In this document: piece after piece, positions 63,957 through 64,000 of the stretch
Layout of the letters: every line of letters starts with the position of its first letter
Numbering within the stretch: the first letter of the stretch is position 1
From: Candidatus Marinacidobacterales bacterium
Lineage (GTDB): Bacteria > Acidobacteriota > Vicinamibacteria > Marinacidobacterales > SMYC01
Length of the DNA stretch: 64,000 nucleotides
Reading direction: 5' to 3'
Assembly: GCA_965237955.1 (NCBI GenBank)
Contig: OZ250169.1
Coordinates: 5,312,001-5,376,000 of the forward strand
The notes under the pieces: generated by a model
What the model was told of the DNA's origin: nothing
Seen by the model: the letters and a program-made list of their open reading frames with translations, nothing else
Database searches by the model: none
Made by a program: the position numbers and the translations under genes

Positions 63957-64000
63957 TGGGTTACGTAGGTTCGAGCGTCAAGCGAGTCGAAGATCCCCGA
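63956..64000 (+). CDS. Start of a molybdopterin hydroxylase large subunit (CoxL-like)
   Basis: [18 protein letters not shown] overlapping the coxS stop. Confidence 0.75.
   Translation, partial: MGYVGSSVKRVEDPR

Overview
High-GC bacterial DNA. Ser/Thr-kinase, TonB and PEP-CTERM gene styles suggest Acidobacteriota (Vicinamibacteria-like); this is an inference. The left end holds the distal part of a form I aerobic CO-dehydrogenase cluster (coxL with AYRCSFR, XdhC-YHS, coxG, Moco-binding protein), followed by an ECF-sigma/ogt/PP2C/DinB operon. The core-like blocks are 13-28.8 kb (S41 peptidase, AI-2E, DUF4159, di-heme peroxidase, amidase, a MacB-type exporter with three adaptor genes) and 51.6-58 kb (hpt, multi-domain amidohydrolase, class V aminotransferase). 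Two accessory tracts lie between them, each closed by a direct copy of host DNA from its left flank. The first (6.4-11.6 kb) is a patchwork of gene fragments between 1107-bp repeats. The second (28.8-51.5 kb) carries secreted hydrolases, a hybrid kinase and many IS, and ends in a ~94%-identical piece of the exporter locus. One intact IS630 co-occurs with four copies of a 127-bp MITE sharing its ends and with a second MITE type. Most of these MITEs sit at gene 3' ends and rewrite stop codons or C-termini. The window also has two IS256, IS91-, IS3- and IS481-like remnants, an intact IS110, a DUF222-HNH gene, and the start of a second coxS-coxL-like cluster at the right edge. No rRNA, tRNA or CRISPR array was seen. 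Several single-base frameshifts may be sequencing indels.
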